A stretch of 64,000 nucleotides of DNA. Source: an uncultured Verrucomicrobiae bacterium. Lineage in GTDB: Bacteria; Chlamydiota; Chlamydiia; Chlamydiales; Rhabdochlamydiaceae. Below are positions 1 to 9,792 of the stretch, in pieces; the stretch's first letter is position 1; every line of letters begins with the position of its first letter. The stretch lies in contig CAWDYW010000003.1 of assembly GCA_963806855.1 (NCBI GenBank), positions 512,001-576,000 on the forward strand, given 5' to 3'. The notes beneath the pieces are model-generated. The model was not told the origin of the DNA and made no database searches. It was given only the letters and a program-made list of their open reading frames with translations. Position numbers and translations under genes: made by a program.

Positions 1-143
1 AGCAATTTGCCTATCTCGATGCACCCATTGTCCGAGTGACCGGCGCTAACTGTCCAGTTCCGTATAGCAAGATTCTTGAAGATGAAGTACTGCCGCAGAC
101 TCAAGATTTAGAGCGGGCGCTGCGCGATTTAGCCCTCTTCTGA
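1..143 (+). CDS. 3' end (partial) of 2-oxoacid dehydrogenase E1 beta or fused alpha/beta subunit
   Basis: Frame 3 reads QFAYLDAPIVRVTGANCPVPYSKILEDEVLPQ...LALF*, the typical E1-beta C-terminus (LDAP.RV...P.PY...LE..LP); not in the ORF track. Confidence 0.85.
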   Translation, partial: QFAYLDAPIVRVTGANCPVPYSKILEDEVLPQTQDLERALRDLALF

Positions 144-403
144 GAACGGGCATACTCGACCACTTTTCTCTCTACAGCTTCTCTTTTCAATGACTCAATC
201 GATCTTTTCCGATTGTCCATATCCAATTGTGCTTGTCGATGCATGAGACGAGCGAGCAGACTCTCTTGAGTTTTTTCAAGAGCTTCCACTTCATGTGTAA
301 AATGATGACTCATTTTTGCAGAATTTAATGCTTCCGCAATTGTAATCAGTTCATTCAACGTGGCATCAATATCTGCCAATATGTCGGCATTTACTTCTCG
401 CAT
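101..403 (-). CDS. hypothetical coiled-coil protein, 100 aa
   Basis: ATG-started ORF with TTGACA upstream (435-440, minus strand); no recognised motif. Confidence 0.6.
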   Translation of the reverse strand: MREVNADILADIDATLNELITIAEALNSAKMSHHFTHEVEALEKTQESLLARLMHRQAQLDMDNRKRSIESLKREAVERKVVEYARSQKRAKSRSARSKS

Positions 404-509
404 AATTCAACTTATATGAAATTAATTTTTGTTGTGTCAAATAAAAAATATCTTGCGCTCTTTTTACATAACTGTTACAAATTTGGAATTATTAGTTTAG
501 AGAGTATTC

Positions 510-1283
510 ATGAAAGGATTTTGCCCACTAGCTTCTGGCTCGAAAGGGAACGCAATTTTTATTGGAACAGACCATACAAAAGTGCTTATTGATGCTGGAA
601 TTTCCGCCCGAATGCTCGAAAAAAAGTTGGCCGAAATCAATGTTGACCTCTCCGATATCGATGCAATCGTCGTCACCCACGAACATACCGATCACATCAG
701 CGGTCTGGCGACCCTCGGCTGCAAAATGGGCTTCCCCGTTTTTGCCAACAGCGACACCGCCCGCGCCATCTACGAAATCCTCGGCGACGCCCCTAAATTT
801 AAGATCTTTTCCACTGGTGAAAAATTTGAGTTCGGCGACCTCGAGTTCGATCCCTTTAGCATCCAACATGACGCCGTCGACCCTGTAGGCTTCATCGTCC
901 GTGCCGGATCGAACAAAATTGGAGTATGTGCAGATCTAGGATTTGCTTCCTCATTAGTAACAAGTAAATTACAGAATTGTGATTATTTGTATTTAGAAGC
1001 GAACCACCAAGTTTCGATGGTCCATTCAAGCACCCGCCCCGCCGTTTACAAACAGCGAGTGCTCGGCCGCCTTGGCCACCTCTCGAATGATCAATGTGCC
1101 GAGCTGCTCAAAGAGATCATGCACCCCAAATTGAAGCATGTCTACCTGGCTCACCTCTCCAGCGAGTGCAATACTCCCGAAGTGGCCAAAATGGTCATCG
1201 CCTCGATGCTCTCAGAAGAGGATGCAGCGGTAGAAGTGTCGATTGCCCACCAAGATGCAGTGAGCCATGCCCTGGTTTTTTAG
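510..1283 (+). CDS. yycJ: MBL-fold metallo-hydrolase, YycJ/WalJ family
   Basis: LASGSKGN, THEHTDH, HDAVDP, LEANH, GHLSN and HLSSECN motifs. Confidence 0.9.
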   Translation: MKGFCPLASGSKGNAIFIGTDHTKVLIDAGISARMLEKKLAEINVDLSDIDAIVVTHEHTDHISGLATLGCKMGFPVFANSDTARAIYEILGDAPKFKIFSTGEKFEFGDLEFDPFSIQHDAVDPVGFIVRAGSNKIGVCADLGFASSLVTSKLQNCDYLYLEANHQVSMVHSSTRPAVYKQRVLGRLGHLSNDQCAELLKEIMHPKLKHVYLAHLSSECNTPEVAKMVIASMLSEEDAAVEVSIAHQDAVSHALVF

Positions 1284-1285
1284 CA

Positions 1286-1933
1286 TTAGGATTGAGCCGA
1301 TCGTTGAGCTGGAAGAGCGACTGGATGATAAAAATCAGGTGCCATATAATTACTCATCGCCCTTTCAATTTTGCTGAACAGCTTCCGTCCGTTATTTGGA
1401 TTAATTAATCCAATAATTAATGCTGATTCTAAACCAATTAGAGCAAGTGGAGTCGCGACAATACGCAATAGATCTTTCCCTGCTTCTGAGAAGTTTGCTT
1501 TGGTGAATCCCCCATTCCAGAAGTGAAAGCCTATGAGCAGAAACGCAATCCTTCTTACCGCTAAGCCCAGGTATAATAATGTTCCTATGGTGGGGAAAAA
1601 AAGGGTGCCCTTCAGATGGTCCATTCGAAGGTTAGGACGATTTCTATAAAATTCATTTGCGGCTCTGTCCTTTACTAAAGTTTGAGGGCCGAACTGAACA
1701 ATCTCCCAATTATCCTTACTAAAATCCTTGATCAATTTCCTAATCTTTTTACCTATTAGAGGATTTTTCACTTTGCTCCATTGGCGACTAACCCAATGCT
1801 GAATTCCTTTATCAGATGGAATTGTAACTCTTTTATCCGCATCCTTAGCAAGAAGTGGTTGTAATTCATTTCCCTTATTCAGGTTCCTAATGGATGCCTG
1901 CGGTTCATGATTTGAGTTATTAACTGAACTCAT
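1286..1933 (-). CDS. hypothetical membrane protein (possible effector)
   Basis: 215 aa, low-complexity S/N-rich N-terminus, two hydrophobic stretches, GGAGG RBS. Confidence 0.7.
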   Translation of the reverse strand: MSSVNNSNHEPQASIRNLNKGNELQPLLAKDADKRVTIPSDKGIQHWVSRQWSKVKNPLIGKKIRKLIKDFSKDNWEIVQFGPQTLVKDRAANEFYRNRPNLRMDHLKGTLFFPTIGTLLYLGLAVRRIAFLLIGFHFWNGGFTKANFSEAGKDLLRIVATPLALIGLESALIIGLINPNNGRKLFSKIERAMSNYMAPDFYHPVALPAQRSAQS

Positions 1934-1963
1934 ATAATCCTCCGTTAATTAATTATAAATCTA

Positions 1964-1992
1964 ATTATATATAAATGATTAATTTATGTCAA
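1964..1992 (-). promoter_or_regulatory. sigma70/sigma66 promoter for the 1286..1933 gene
   Basis: Perfect TTGACA-N17-TATAAT on the minus strand. Confidence 0.75.
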
Positions 1993-2204
1993 TTTAAAAT
2001 TTAAATGCAGAAATGTTCTGTCATCGAAAAATTTGAAGCAATTTTTCTGTAAATGCCTAAATATCAGTTAATTGCATTGATTTCGTCCATAGTTATGGAT
2101 ATAATTACCCTTATATCTTAGCCAATAGGATGGGCACAATGTGGATCTCCATAGAGAAAGAGCTCAAAATATAGAAGGAATCTCCCAAAACGACACTCTC
2201 CTTT

Positions 2205-2292
2205 GACCCTATCCGCAATGTAGAGGAAAAAATCTGGGGGATCTTTTCAAAATCTCCCCCCATCTTTTTTCCTCTACATTGCGGATAGGGTC
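2205..2292. repeat. 88-bp palindromic element (MITE-like)
   Basis: GACCCTATCCGCAATGTAGAGGAAAAAA...TTTTTTCCTCTACATTGCGGATAGGGTC, a perfect 28-bp inverted repeat with a further imperfect inner stem. Confidence 0.85.
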
Positions 2293-2422
2293 TTTGAGCA
2301 GAATCAGATTGGCTTTTTAAATATTAAGGAAAATTGATATTCTAAGTACCCTCCGTTAATCTAAATATTGATTTTTTTCATATTAGAGTTGAGGGGTAAG
2401 AGAGCTAAAAATAAGGATATCT

Positions 2423-3394
2423 ATGAACAGTGTTTCCCCAAATGATCGACAGCTATCCACCTATGTTTTTCCAGGTGCTGAGGAGGTCATTAGACAGCAT
2501 AATATGATTCTTGAAGTTCCAATGGAATTGATAGAAAAAGTCTTTGGATATACGAATAGCTATGCGGATCAGAGAGCTATTCAGTTAGTATGCAAAACAT
2601 GGCGTAACCTTATTAATACCCCTGCTCTGATCAAAAAAATTGAGTGGAATATAATGCTCCGCTTTTTGCCTGCACAGGATATCCGTAGATTCAAACCAAT
2701 ATTCTCATCTGTATTATCCGATTCATATTTAAAAGATGGGAGAGATAGAGTTAAATCGCTTAGATCAGTTGTGAAGGAAATTCAACATTTTAATAGCACT
2801 CCTAAAGTAGAAAAAGCATTAGTTCAATGGGATAGCTGTCCAATAAAAATCGCATCAGTTTGTAATGATTGTAGGCCTAAACTTATGGCGTTGTTAAACT
2901 ATTATACATTGGCATTAGATTGCGTTAAAAAGCTTCAAAGTGAGCAATTAATTAAAAATTTGGAGCGAATTTCTGAATTAGAAAGAAATATATTAGAAAA
3001 TTACAATGGACTAGAATCGGAGCTTAAAGCATGTGTTGAGTTATTCAGGGATGTAATGCTTTCCAATGCGCAGGAGTATTATGATATTTCTCAGAACATT
3101 AAGGCTCAAACAGATGTTAATGCAAATCTGTCTCATTTAGAGCGTGACTTAGAGAATTGTGAAAAAATGCAAAATTTGTTATGGGGAATTTCGAATTTTG
3201 TGGAAAACATTCAATATTCGATAAAACATAGGATAGCGCAACTTGAACGCGGAAGGGACGGTCTTGATCCCGCTTTAATGAGGTTGGAAAACGGACGTTT
3301 CTTGGTGAGTTGTTTGGGTTACAGCTTTTTAGAATGTCAAAATTGTGCAGATATCAACAACATGCTCATTGAAGAATTTAAGATAGAAGTTTAA
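2423..3394 (+). CDS. F-box domain protein (eukaryote-like, putative secreted effector)
   Basis: LEVPMELIEKVFGY...RAIQLVCKTWRNL matches the F-box consensus; helical/coiled-coil C-terminus; low GC. Confidence 0.8.
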   Translation: MNSVSPNDRQLSTYVFPGAEEVIRQHNMILEVPMELIEKVFGYTNSYADQRAIQLVCKTWRNLINTPALIKKIEWNIMLRFLPAQDIRRFKPIFSSVLSDSYLKDGRDRVKSLRSVVKEIQHFNSTPKVEKALVQWDSCPIKIASVCNDCRPKLMALLNYYTLALDCVKKLQSEQLIKNLERISELERNILENYNGLESELKACVELFRDVMLSNAQEYYDISQNIKAQTDVNANLSHLERDLENCEKMQNLLWGISNFVENIQYSIKHRIAQLERGRDGLDPALMRLENGRFLVSCLGYSFLECQNCADINNMLIEEFKIEV

Positions 3395-3471
3395 AGGTAA
3401 TATTAGTGCAGGCCATTATCAATTAATTTTATTCTTGCGACTTTGCGGTCTGGCGGTCTTCATAATAATAT

Positions 3472-3497
3472 AAAAAACCCGGTCATTTCTGACCGGG
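3472..3497 (-). terminator. Rho-independent terminator after the porin cluster
   Basis: CCCGGTCA-4 nt loop-TGACCGGG stem followed by a T6 run on the minus strand. Confidence 0.75.
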
Positions 3498-3526
3498 CCA
3501 AAAAATCAAAATGGAACGGGTATCCC

Positions 3527-4588
3527 TCAGAAGTCGAACTGAGCTTTAACTGAAAGTCCCTGGTAATTAAATGTTCTCAAAGGTAAGCCATCAGACAAGT
3601 CAACAACAACGATATAGTTAGTCATCATATCATAGCCAACCGATAAATCCATATGATAGCTGCAGTCACAGAGATATGTTCCCCATCCTAGACCAACACT
3701 GCCTTCATAAAACAGTTGGGTCACCCATGGTTGAGTGCGATTCGTCTGTGTGTTCACAAGTCCAGGGAAAGGACCTAAAGGGGATACAACCGGTGGGTAA
3801 TTAGTTGAGACGCGATATTTGTTTGACCTACTATAAGTTGGATATAGACCTGCCTTACCATATAGATATGTTCCACACCAGAGCAGTCCTTTAATATCTG
3901 TGCTAAGATAAGGGCCAACTCCCCACCATCCTTGTTTAGTAAATTGTGTCCCCAGCGTTCCATTAATCACATTAAAAAACAGATCAAAATCAAGTGAAGC
4001 CCACCAAACCTTAACACCTACAGCAGGTTTTACAATTAGACGCTCGCTGAGATAGAAAGCCCTTCCAACCGTCGCTTGGAAGTAATTTAGATGTATTTTT
4101 TGCTTCATTTCTACAGAAGTGGAAGCGAGTGGAAAAAATGCGGGCACTAATTTTGGGAACACAAATCCATTTTGAGGGGCATTGAATCGCTTATTTGTTG
4201 TGTTGTAAAACCAAGTATACTCGGCATCAAAACTCCAGTTGTCAAACTGAGGCAATCCCATTCCAACTGCAATCTTAAATCCAGGTTTATAACCTTGTGT
4301 ATGAGCAATCAACTTTTGTGTTAAGACTCCAGTAGTTCCAAATTCCCAGATGGTCGCATCAACCGGGATATCATCTTGTTGGAATTTCCAATAGATGAAT
4401 TCTCCGCCAAGAGTATACACTGCGCAACAATTGCCAAATGTGAATTGCGCTGGGTAAAAATAACCGACAGGAAGCTGGCACGATTCAACAGGTTCTGGAG
4501 GAAGCAGTGGACAACAGTCTGCTGTATCCTCGGCATAAGCCAGAACGGGCAAACTTGCGACTAACAAGGTAAGGGTATTTTTCAACAT
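3527..4588 (-). CDS. MOMP-like / Lpg1974-family beta-barrel outer-membrane porin
   Basis: Signal peptide, Cys-rich N-terminus, GEFIYW, YKPGFKIAVG, C-terminal GLSVKAQFDF. Confidence 0.8.
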   Translation of the reverse strand: MLKNTLTLLVASLPVLAYAEDTADCCPLLPPEPVESCQLPVGYFYPAQFTFGNCCAVYTLGGEFIYWKFQQDDIPVDATIWEFGTTGVLTQKLIAHTQGYKPGFKIAVGMGLPQFDNWSFDAEYTWFYNTTNKRFNAPQNGFVFPKLVPAFFPLASTSVEMKQKIHLNYFQATVGRAFYLSERLIVKPAVGVKVWWASLDFDLFFNVINGTLGTQFTKQGWWGVGPYLSTDIKGLLWCGTYLYGKAGLYPTYSRSNKYRVSTNYPPVVSPLGPFPGLVNTQTNRTQPWVTQLFYEGSVGLGWGTYLCDCSYHMDLSVGYDMMTNYIVVVDLSDGLPLRTFNYQGLSVKAQFDF

Positions 4589-4609
4589 ATTTGCTCCTAA
4601 TCTTTTGTT

Positions 4610-5752
4610 TTAAAAATCTAATCGTCCACCAACGCTAATTCCATGCATGCCGTATGAGACTTGAAGCATTCCATCGCCAACTTGATTGAAAAGAGCATGT
4701 CCAAAGTCAAAAATGTGCTGATAGATGAAATTATAGGTCAAAGATAAGTCGAGATGGTATTTATTACAGACAAAATATCCGCCCCAACCAATACCAATAT
4801 CTCCACCATGAGCCGCTTGGAAGTGGGGGATATTCCCTTTGCTCTTAACGGCATTATTGTCCTGAATAAATGGAATGCCTGTTGCGGGATCAACGGCCAT
4901 AGGAAAAGAGGTCCTTTGAAATCCTTTGTATACAGAAGCATATTGGATAGCTAAGTCAATACCTACAATTCCTTGAAAGCCCCAAGGCAAGAGACCTTTA
5001 GCTGTTACCCCTAGATTTGGACCAACAGCCCAGGTTTTATGATTGCTGAATATGGAGCCATTCGAAGTAAGCATACCAGGAGGTGGATTAGTAACGGCAA
5101 GGCAGTTGATGTTCCATTTAACACCATTCCATAAGCCTAAAATGCCGTAGTTGAGATTCATACAGATTCTCTTTCCTATATACACAGGCTTCTGTAAGGA
5201 AATGATGAATGAATCCAAATCAAAAGAGCGGCGTGATCTCACATTTCCAAACGCTACAGGAGCTGCAAAGGCATTGACAATATCAGGAGCTGCTAAAGTC
5301 AGTATTGTCTCACTGTTATTTGCAGATTGAAAATTGGAGGTAGTGCGAGAATGGTAGCGCAAATAGGTGACATCTAAAACAACTGGGCCTAAATCGACCC
5401 CTACAGCGACCCTAAAACCTGGACGATAAGGGGACCCTTGAAAGAGGTTGACTGAGGTGCGATTATCAAAAGTCGATTCTATAGCGAGATATGAAACTAC
5501 ATCGACATCTGTCGCTAAATAGAGGAAATCCCCGCTTGCGTAGATATCCCACCCGCAGCTGGGATTAATCGTTGCTGGGTAGGGATAGCCTGCATTGAGT
5601 AAGCAAGGATTTAAAGGCTCTCTTACAACAATTGAGGCTTCACAACATGGAAATTCAGAATTTTCTTCATTTGCAGTCAATGGACTCGGACCAAAAGTCA
5701 TATGGAAGATTCCTAGACTTAAGAGTGCGCACGACTTAGTTCTTTTTAGCAT
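4610..5752 (-). CDS. MOMP-like / Lpg1974-family porin
   Basis: GDFLY, YRPGFRVAVG, C-terminal GISVGGRLDF; paralog of its neighbours. Confidence 0.8.
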   Translation of the reverse strand: MLKRTKSCALLSLGIFHMTFGPSPLTANEENSEFPCCEASIVVREPLNPCLLNAGYPYPATINPSCGWDIYASGDFLYLATDVDVVSYLAIESTFDNRTSVNLFQGSPYRPGFRVAVGVDLGPVVLDVTYLRYHSRTTSNFQSANNSETILTLAAPDIVNAFAAPVAFGNVRSRRSFDLDSFIISLQKPVYIGKRICMNLNYGILGLWNGVKWNINCLAVTNPPPGMLTSNGSIFSNHKTWAVGPNLGVTAKGLLPWGFQGIVGIDLAIQYASVYKGFQRTSFPMAVDPATGIPFIQDNNAVKSKGNIPHFQAAHGGDIGIGWGGYFVCNKYHLDLSLTYNFIYQHIFDFGHALFNQVGDGMLQVSYGMHGISVGGRLDF

Positions 5753-5763
5753 TTTTTTCTCCT

Positions 5764-6822
5764 TTAAAAATCAAATTGGCCATGTAGAGTCAGTCCCATT
5801 AACATTGTGGGAGGTATGATAAACATTCCAACTGCAAACCCGTTCTTGCAGACATCTGCCAGAAAATCGAATGATGCCGAAAAATCTACATGATAGCGGT
5901 TGCAGCAGAGGTAGCTGCCCCAGCCAATACCCAGTCCCCCTTTGCCCAAAATATCGAGGTGCGGAATGTGTTGTTTCATCACATTAACCGGAAATTCGGG
6001 CGTTGGAACAGCTGGTGTAGATAATTGGAAAAATTTGTGTTGATAAGTATAAAGGATTCCGATATCTGCTTTTCCTATCAGATAGGTTCCCCATCCCATT
6101 AGGAAATAGCCATCAAATCCAGCTGCTATACCGACAGAAGAAAAGGAAAAAGAGGCGCGAACGCTATCAATTTGCCCGCTAGTGATAAGGGTACAATTTT
6201 GGGAGATCTTGTTATCTCTATGTAACCATTTCAAGCCGAGGAATGGGCTGAGAATGACTCTTTGTCCAAGATAGTTTGGTCTTTGAATACTAACGCCGAC
6301 AATATCATAATTAAAATCAGACTTGGTAGTGATAGAGTTGTAGTTCGGGAAAATGATAGGGGTTACATTGGGAAGCGTCGAAGCTAGATTAAATGGGGCC
6401 GCTGCTGAAAAAGTCTTGGTAAAATCATGATGATACCAGGTGTAATCTGCATTTAACATCCAATCATCAAAATTGTGAAGGATCATCCCAATGCCGACTC
6501 GGAATGCGGGACGATATCCCATTTTCTGAGCTAATTGATGAGATGTACTATCGGTAATGATCGGCGTGCCCTGACTCCTCAGTGCAACCCAGGCTGTTGA
6601 GCGTGTTGGCCTCCAATATAAAAATTCCCCCCATGTGTAGACATCCCAGCCGCAATTTAATTGGATACCGGCGTATTGTGAATAGATAGCGCAAGCCATG
6701 TCATCGCAGAGGGGCTCTTCAGCCAGATACTCAGGCATGCAACAATCTTCTGCATGCATGCTGGAGGGTGCTATTGCGATGAGGCTTGCAGCTAAGCCAA
6801 GAGCTATTTGTCTTTTCTTCAT
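5764..6822 (-). CDS. MOMP-like / Lpg1974-family porin
   Basis: GEFLYW, YRPAFRVGIG, C-terminal GLTLHGQFDF. Confidence 0.8.
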   Translation of the reverse strand: MKKRQIALGLAASLIAIAPSSMHAEDCCMPEYLAEEPLCDDMACAIYSQYAGIQLNCGWDVYTWGEFLYWRPTRSTAWVALRSQGTPIITDSTSHQLAQKMGYRPAFRVGIGMILHNFDDWMLNADYTWYHHDFTKTFSAAAPFNLASTLPNVTPIIFPNYNSITTKSDFNYDIVGVSIQRPNYLGQRVILSPFLGLKWLHRDNKISQNCTLITSGQIDSVRASFSFSSVGIAAGFDGYFLMGWGTYLIGKADIGILYTYQHKFFQLSTPAVPTPEFPVNVMKQHIPHLDILGKGGLGIGWGSYLCCNRYHVDFSASFDFLADVCKNGFAVGMFIIPPTMLMGLTLHGQFDF

Positions 6823-7035
6823 TCTCTATCCTCGGATAAAAATTTAATATTGGATCACAATATACAAAAATTTACTGATTTAATGTAAGCAATATTTTTC
6901 TTGAATGGTGCGTGTTATATATATATGAGTGACTTACGACTTCAGCAGGTATGACACCTCCCTGAATAATATAATCAAACCAAAACAACCGGTTGTTTTG
7001 CCAAGACGCTAATAATAAATTAGTTATGAATCAAT

Positions 7036-7161
7036 TCCAGCGAGTGCACTACTCCCGAAGTGGCCAAAATGGTCATCTCCTCGATGCTCTCAGAAGAAGA
7101 TGCAGCGGTAGAAGTGTCGATTCCCCACCAAGATATAGTGAGCCATGCATTAGTGTTTTAG
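7036..7161 (+). repeat. non-coding copy of the last 126 bp of yycJ (1158..1283)
   Basis: Colinear with no indels, about 10 mismatches, ends at the same TAG. Confidence 0.95.
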
Positions 7162-7166
7162 TGTTC

Positions 7167-8000
7167 TTAGAGACCTTGCAATTTTCTCTCTAATAATTCT
7201 TTATTCAAGTTCAAGTAATATTGGAAGCGGGGGTCGAGTTTTAAAGATTTCGCTTCTTCAATTGCCTCTAGAGTTTTTAAGATCTGATCTTTCGAAACAG
7301 GCTCTCCAAGGTATAAGATTTTTCTTGCTTCTTCTAATAGATGCTGCACGACATCTTCCTCGTCGTTTATTGTGAACGTTTCACCTTCTAAATTCTTTAG
7401 TTCGTAATCCAATTCTTCGGAGTCAGAACCTAGGGGCTTTTCTTGGAAATTCTCTATATCCGAATCAGACTCATCCGTGTTTGGAACCATTGGTTGTAAT
7501 TCACTCATGATGATTTCGATTTCTCTTGCAATCTCTGGTGCCACATCTTCCAATTCCAAGTTCTTTAGGTCATGGAGGATTTTATTCATTTTTTGGAGTG
7601 AAGTATTGGCTGGATTCCGGGTCACTTTTCGAGCTTTATCTAGCACAGTCTGAGCTCTTCCCTGACGCAGGTCTTTTTCGATTGGATGAATCACATACTT
7701 TGATATGCTGCGTGATTTAAGGCTTTCGATTAGCTTTAGCCCTCCCTCAAAATCATCTTGGGAGATTTCTTCCTGCCTAGAGATTTTTTTGGCTTGATTT
7801 AATAGGGTTTCAGTTGGTTCTTGTTCGATGTCGTCTGGACTTCTAGGCCGCGTCGCTTTTGCACTTATATTGCTCGACATTTGTGCATTGATCGCTCTAT
7901 CAAAGGTGCTCTTAATTTTAGGAGAGCTAGGTGCCTTCTCAGGCTTTGCCAGATCAGAGTGGCTTGTGTTTTTTTTTGTAATTGAAAATTCAACTGACAT
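7167..8000 (-). CDS. hypothetical acidic helical protein (possible effector)
   Basis: 277 aa; S/T/P-rich N-terminus; LL.QAKKI / VL.KARKV / LL.EARKI recurs three times; GGAG RBS. Confidence 0.7.
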   Translation of the reverse strand: MSVEFSITKKNTSHSDLAKPEKAPSSPKIKSTFDRAINAQMSSNISAKATRPRSPDDIEQEPTETLLNQAKKISRQEEISQDDFEGGLKLIESLKSRSISKYVIHPIEKDLRQGRAQTVLDKARKVTRNPANTSLQKMNKILHDLKNLELEDVAPEIAREIEIIMSELQPMVPNTDESDSDIENFQEKPLGSDSEELDYELKNLEGETFTINDEEDVVQHLLEEARKILYLGEPVSKDQILKTLEAIEEAKSLKLDPRFQYYLNLNKELLERKLQGL

Positions 8001-8030
8001 ATTAAACTCCTGATTAACTTTATAATATTA

Positions 8031-8059
8031 ATTATATATTAATTTTAAATTTAAATCAA
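8031..8059 (-). promoter_or_regulatory. sigma70-type promoter for the 7167..8000 gene
   Basis: TTGATT-N17-TATAAT on the minus strand. Confidence 0.6.
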
Positions 8060-8150
8060 GTTATTTTTATAAATAGTTCGTCGGCATATTATTGTCTTAA
8101 GTAATTGATTATATATTGTTTAAGATAAGAAATATTCTGGTTTGCCAGCA

Positions 8151-8203
8151 TAGAAGTGTCAATTGCCCACCAAGATATAGTGAGCCATGCTCTTGTTTTT
8201 TAG
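8151..8203 (+). repeat. third copy of the yycJ 3' end (matches 1231..1283)
   Basis: TAGAAGTGTCAATTGCCCACCAAGATATAGTGAGCCATGCTCTTGTTTTTTAG still encodes EVSIAHQDIVSHALVF*. Confidence 0.9.
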
Positions 8204-8220
8204 AGCGCACCTATCTCTCT

Positions 8221-9792
8221 TTATAACCATCTCAGTAAAACATCTTTTGCGGCACCTAAGATGAGCATATTTTCATTGGAGCCACCTTTATCTGGATGTG
8301 CAAATTGGGTAAGTTGACGATAAGTCTTTTTAACGAGTTTCCAGTTCTCAGTATTATCAAAAGAACTTAACGGATCAAAACATTTGAATACTTTTTTCGC
8401 TTTTTCGTAAGTAAGAGTTGCAGCAGGGCCGTATTTAGATATGCAGGAATTAACAGCTTCCGAAAGGGTAGGTACAGAGGAAACAATACCAGAATCCAAC
8501 TTCTCTGGAGCAGAATTTCCTGAAGAGAAAGTGTTAGAGGAGTTAGCCCAGAATGAGCTAATCCAAGAGGCGGCATTGTGCAGAACATTTGTTTGATATA
8601 AAGCTGCTGCAATGCCTATCGCCATTGATGCAGCTATGTATCGCTTGGAAGGAATATAATTTGCAATAGATGTTTTGGACGAGGTTTTAGTGTCTATTGA
8701 GTCGGGCTCTGCTATATAGCTAATATCATGTTCCTTTGCATAATTTTCCATATTTGCAAATCTTTGACTTAGGGATAGGTTAATACATAAAAAACTCGGT
8801 ATCCATCTAGAAAAAAACCACTCATTCTTTTGAGCAACAGCATCTGAAGCTTCAAATACAATTTTTATTGCCTCAATATCTTTAATCTCTTTTAATGAGG
8901 AAATATCATCTTCCTTTATTGACCTATTCTTCAAATAAACAAAAATTGGAGATGCGACAATAAATGTTGCGATAGAAATAAGCACTAAATATTCAAGCCC
9001 AATTTTGATAGCATTGAATATATGAGCAGCAAAAAACGTTGAAAGACATGTTATTCCAAAGGTTTGAGATGAGAAAAATGAAGCAGGTTCTCCCCAAAAC
9101 CAAAATTTTTCGGCATGTGAAAGATTGTTTGTTAATTTTTTAATTTTATCAGCCCCCTCAGAGCTTGTCATTATAGTGCCATCAATGTACTTTGTTACTC
9201 CTGTTAATTCATTTTTTAATTTGCTTACATTGTCCTTTGTCTTCAGAACCATTTTTTCAATAAGGAGATTTTGAACTCTTTTGATCATTTCCGGATGCTT
9301 CCAAATTTCGATAAAAAATATCAAATAATCTTGAAATGATTTATCGTCTGTAATTTTCATATTGAAATGTTTTTCAACCCAATCCTGCATCTCAGAATAA
9401 AATTCATTAGAATGCTCTTTTGAAAAACATTGTTGAAGCAGCTGATCAGGTAATTCACCTGGATTAATCAGAAATAAAGGATGGATATCTAATGAAAGGC
9501 TATTCTTTTGTAAATCTAGCTTTTTTCTGTTAAAAAAATATTCAAAGTCTCTATAATTTTCGATCTCGTAAAACTGACTTCTTGTCTCATTGTAAAATTC
9601 AAAATTATTCCCTTCTGAAATAGTGGCCTTAATTTTAAGCTCATCATATTTCTGAAATTTATTTTCACAGATAGATCTAATTCTTCTTGTCAACTCCCGT
9701 TCTCTTTCGGAAGCATCGGCATCATCGGAGAACTCAGGTCTCCAGTTGCCAGGCAGAATTCGATGATAACTACTCTCTACTAATGATCCCAA
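8221..9792 (-). CDS. membrane protein with C-terminal DnaJ (J) domain
   Basis: VKKTYRQLTQFAHPDKGG..ENM..LGAAKDVL J-domain with HPD; central bilobed hydrophobic segment; very AT-rich. Confidence 0.75.
   Translation of the reverse strand: MGSLVESSYHRILPGNWRPEFSDDADASERERELTRRIRSICENKFQKYDELKIKATISEGNNFEFYNETRSQFYEIENYRDFEYFFNRKKLDLQKNSLSLDIHPLFLINPGELPDQLLQQCFSKEHSNEFYSEMQDWVEKHFNMKITDDKSFQDYLIFFIEIWKHPEMIKRVQNLLIEKMVLKTKDNVSKLKNELTGVTKYIDGTIMTSSEGADKIKKLTNNLSHAEKFWFWGEPASFFSSQTFGITCLSTFFAAHIFNAIKIGLEYLVLISIATFIVASPIFVYLKNRSIKEDDISSLKEIKDIEAIKIVFEASDAVAQKNEWFFSRWIPSFLCINLSLSQRFANMENYAKEHDISYIAEPDSIDTKTSSKTSIANYIPSKRYIAASMAIGIAAALYQTNVLHNAASWISSFWANSSNTFSSGNSAPEKLDSGIVSSVPTLSEAVNSCISKYGPAATLTYEKAKKVFKCFDPLSSFDNTENWKLVKKTYRQLTQFAHPDKGGSNENMLILGAAKDVLLRWL

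Noticed and set aside
3434..3457. CTTGCGACTTTGCGGTCTGGCGGT resembles a degenerate right arm of the GxxExxY repeat
   Set aside because: Only one good 8-mer unit and no matching left arm nearby; too weak to call.
6993..7193. 66-aa ORF similar to ORF 1094..1408
   Set aside because: Both are off-frame readings of the duplicated yycJ tail.
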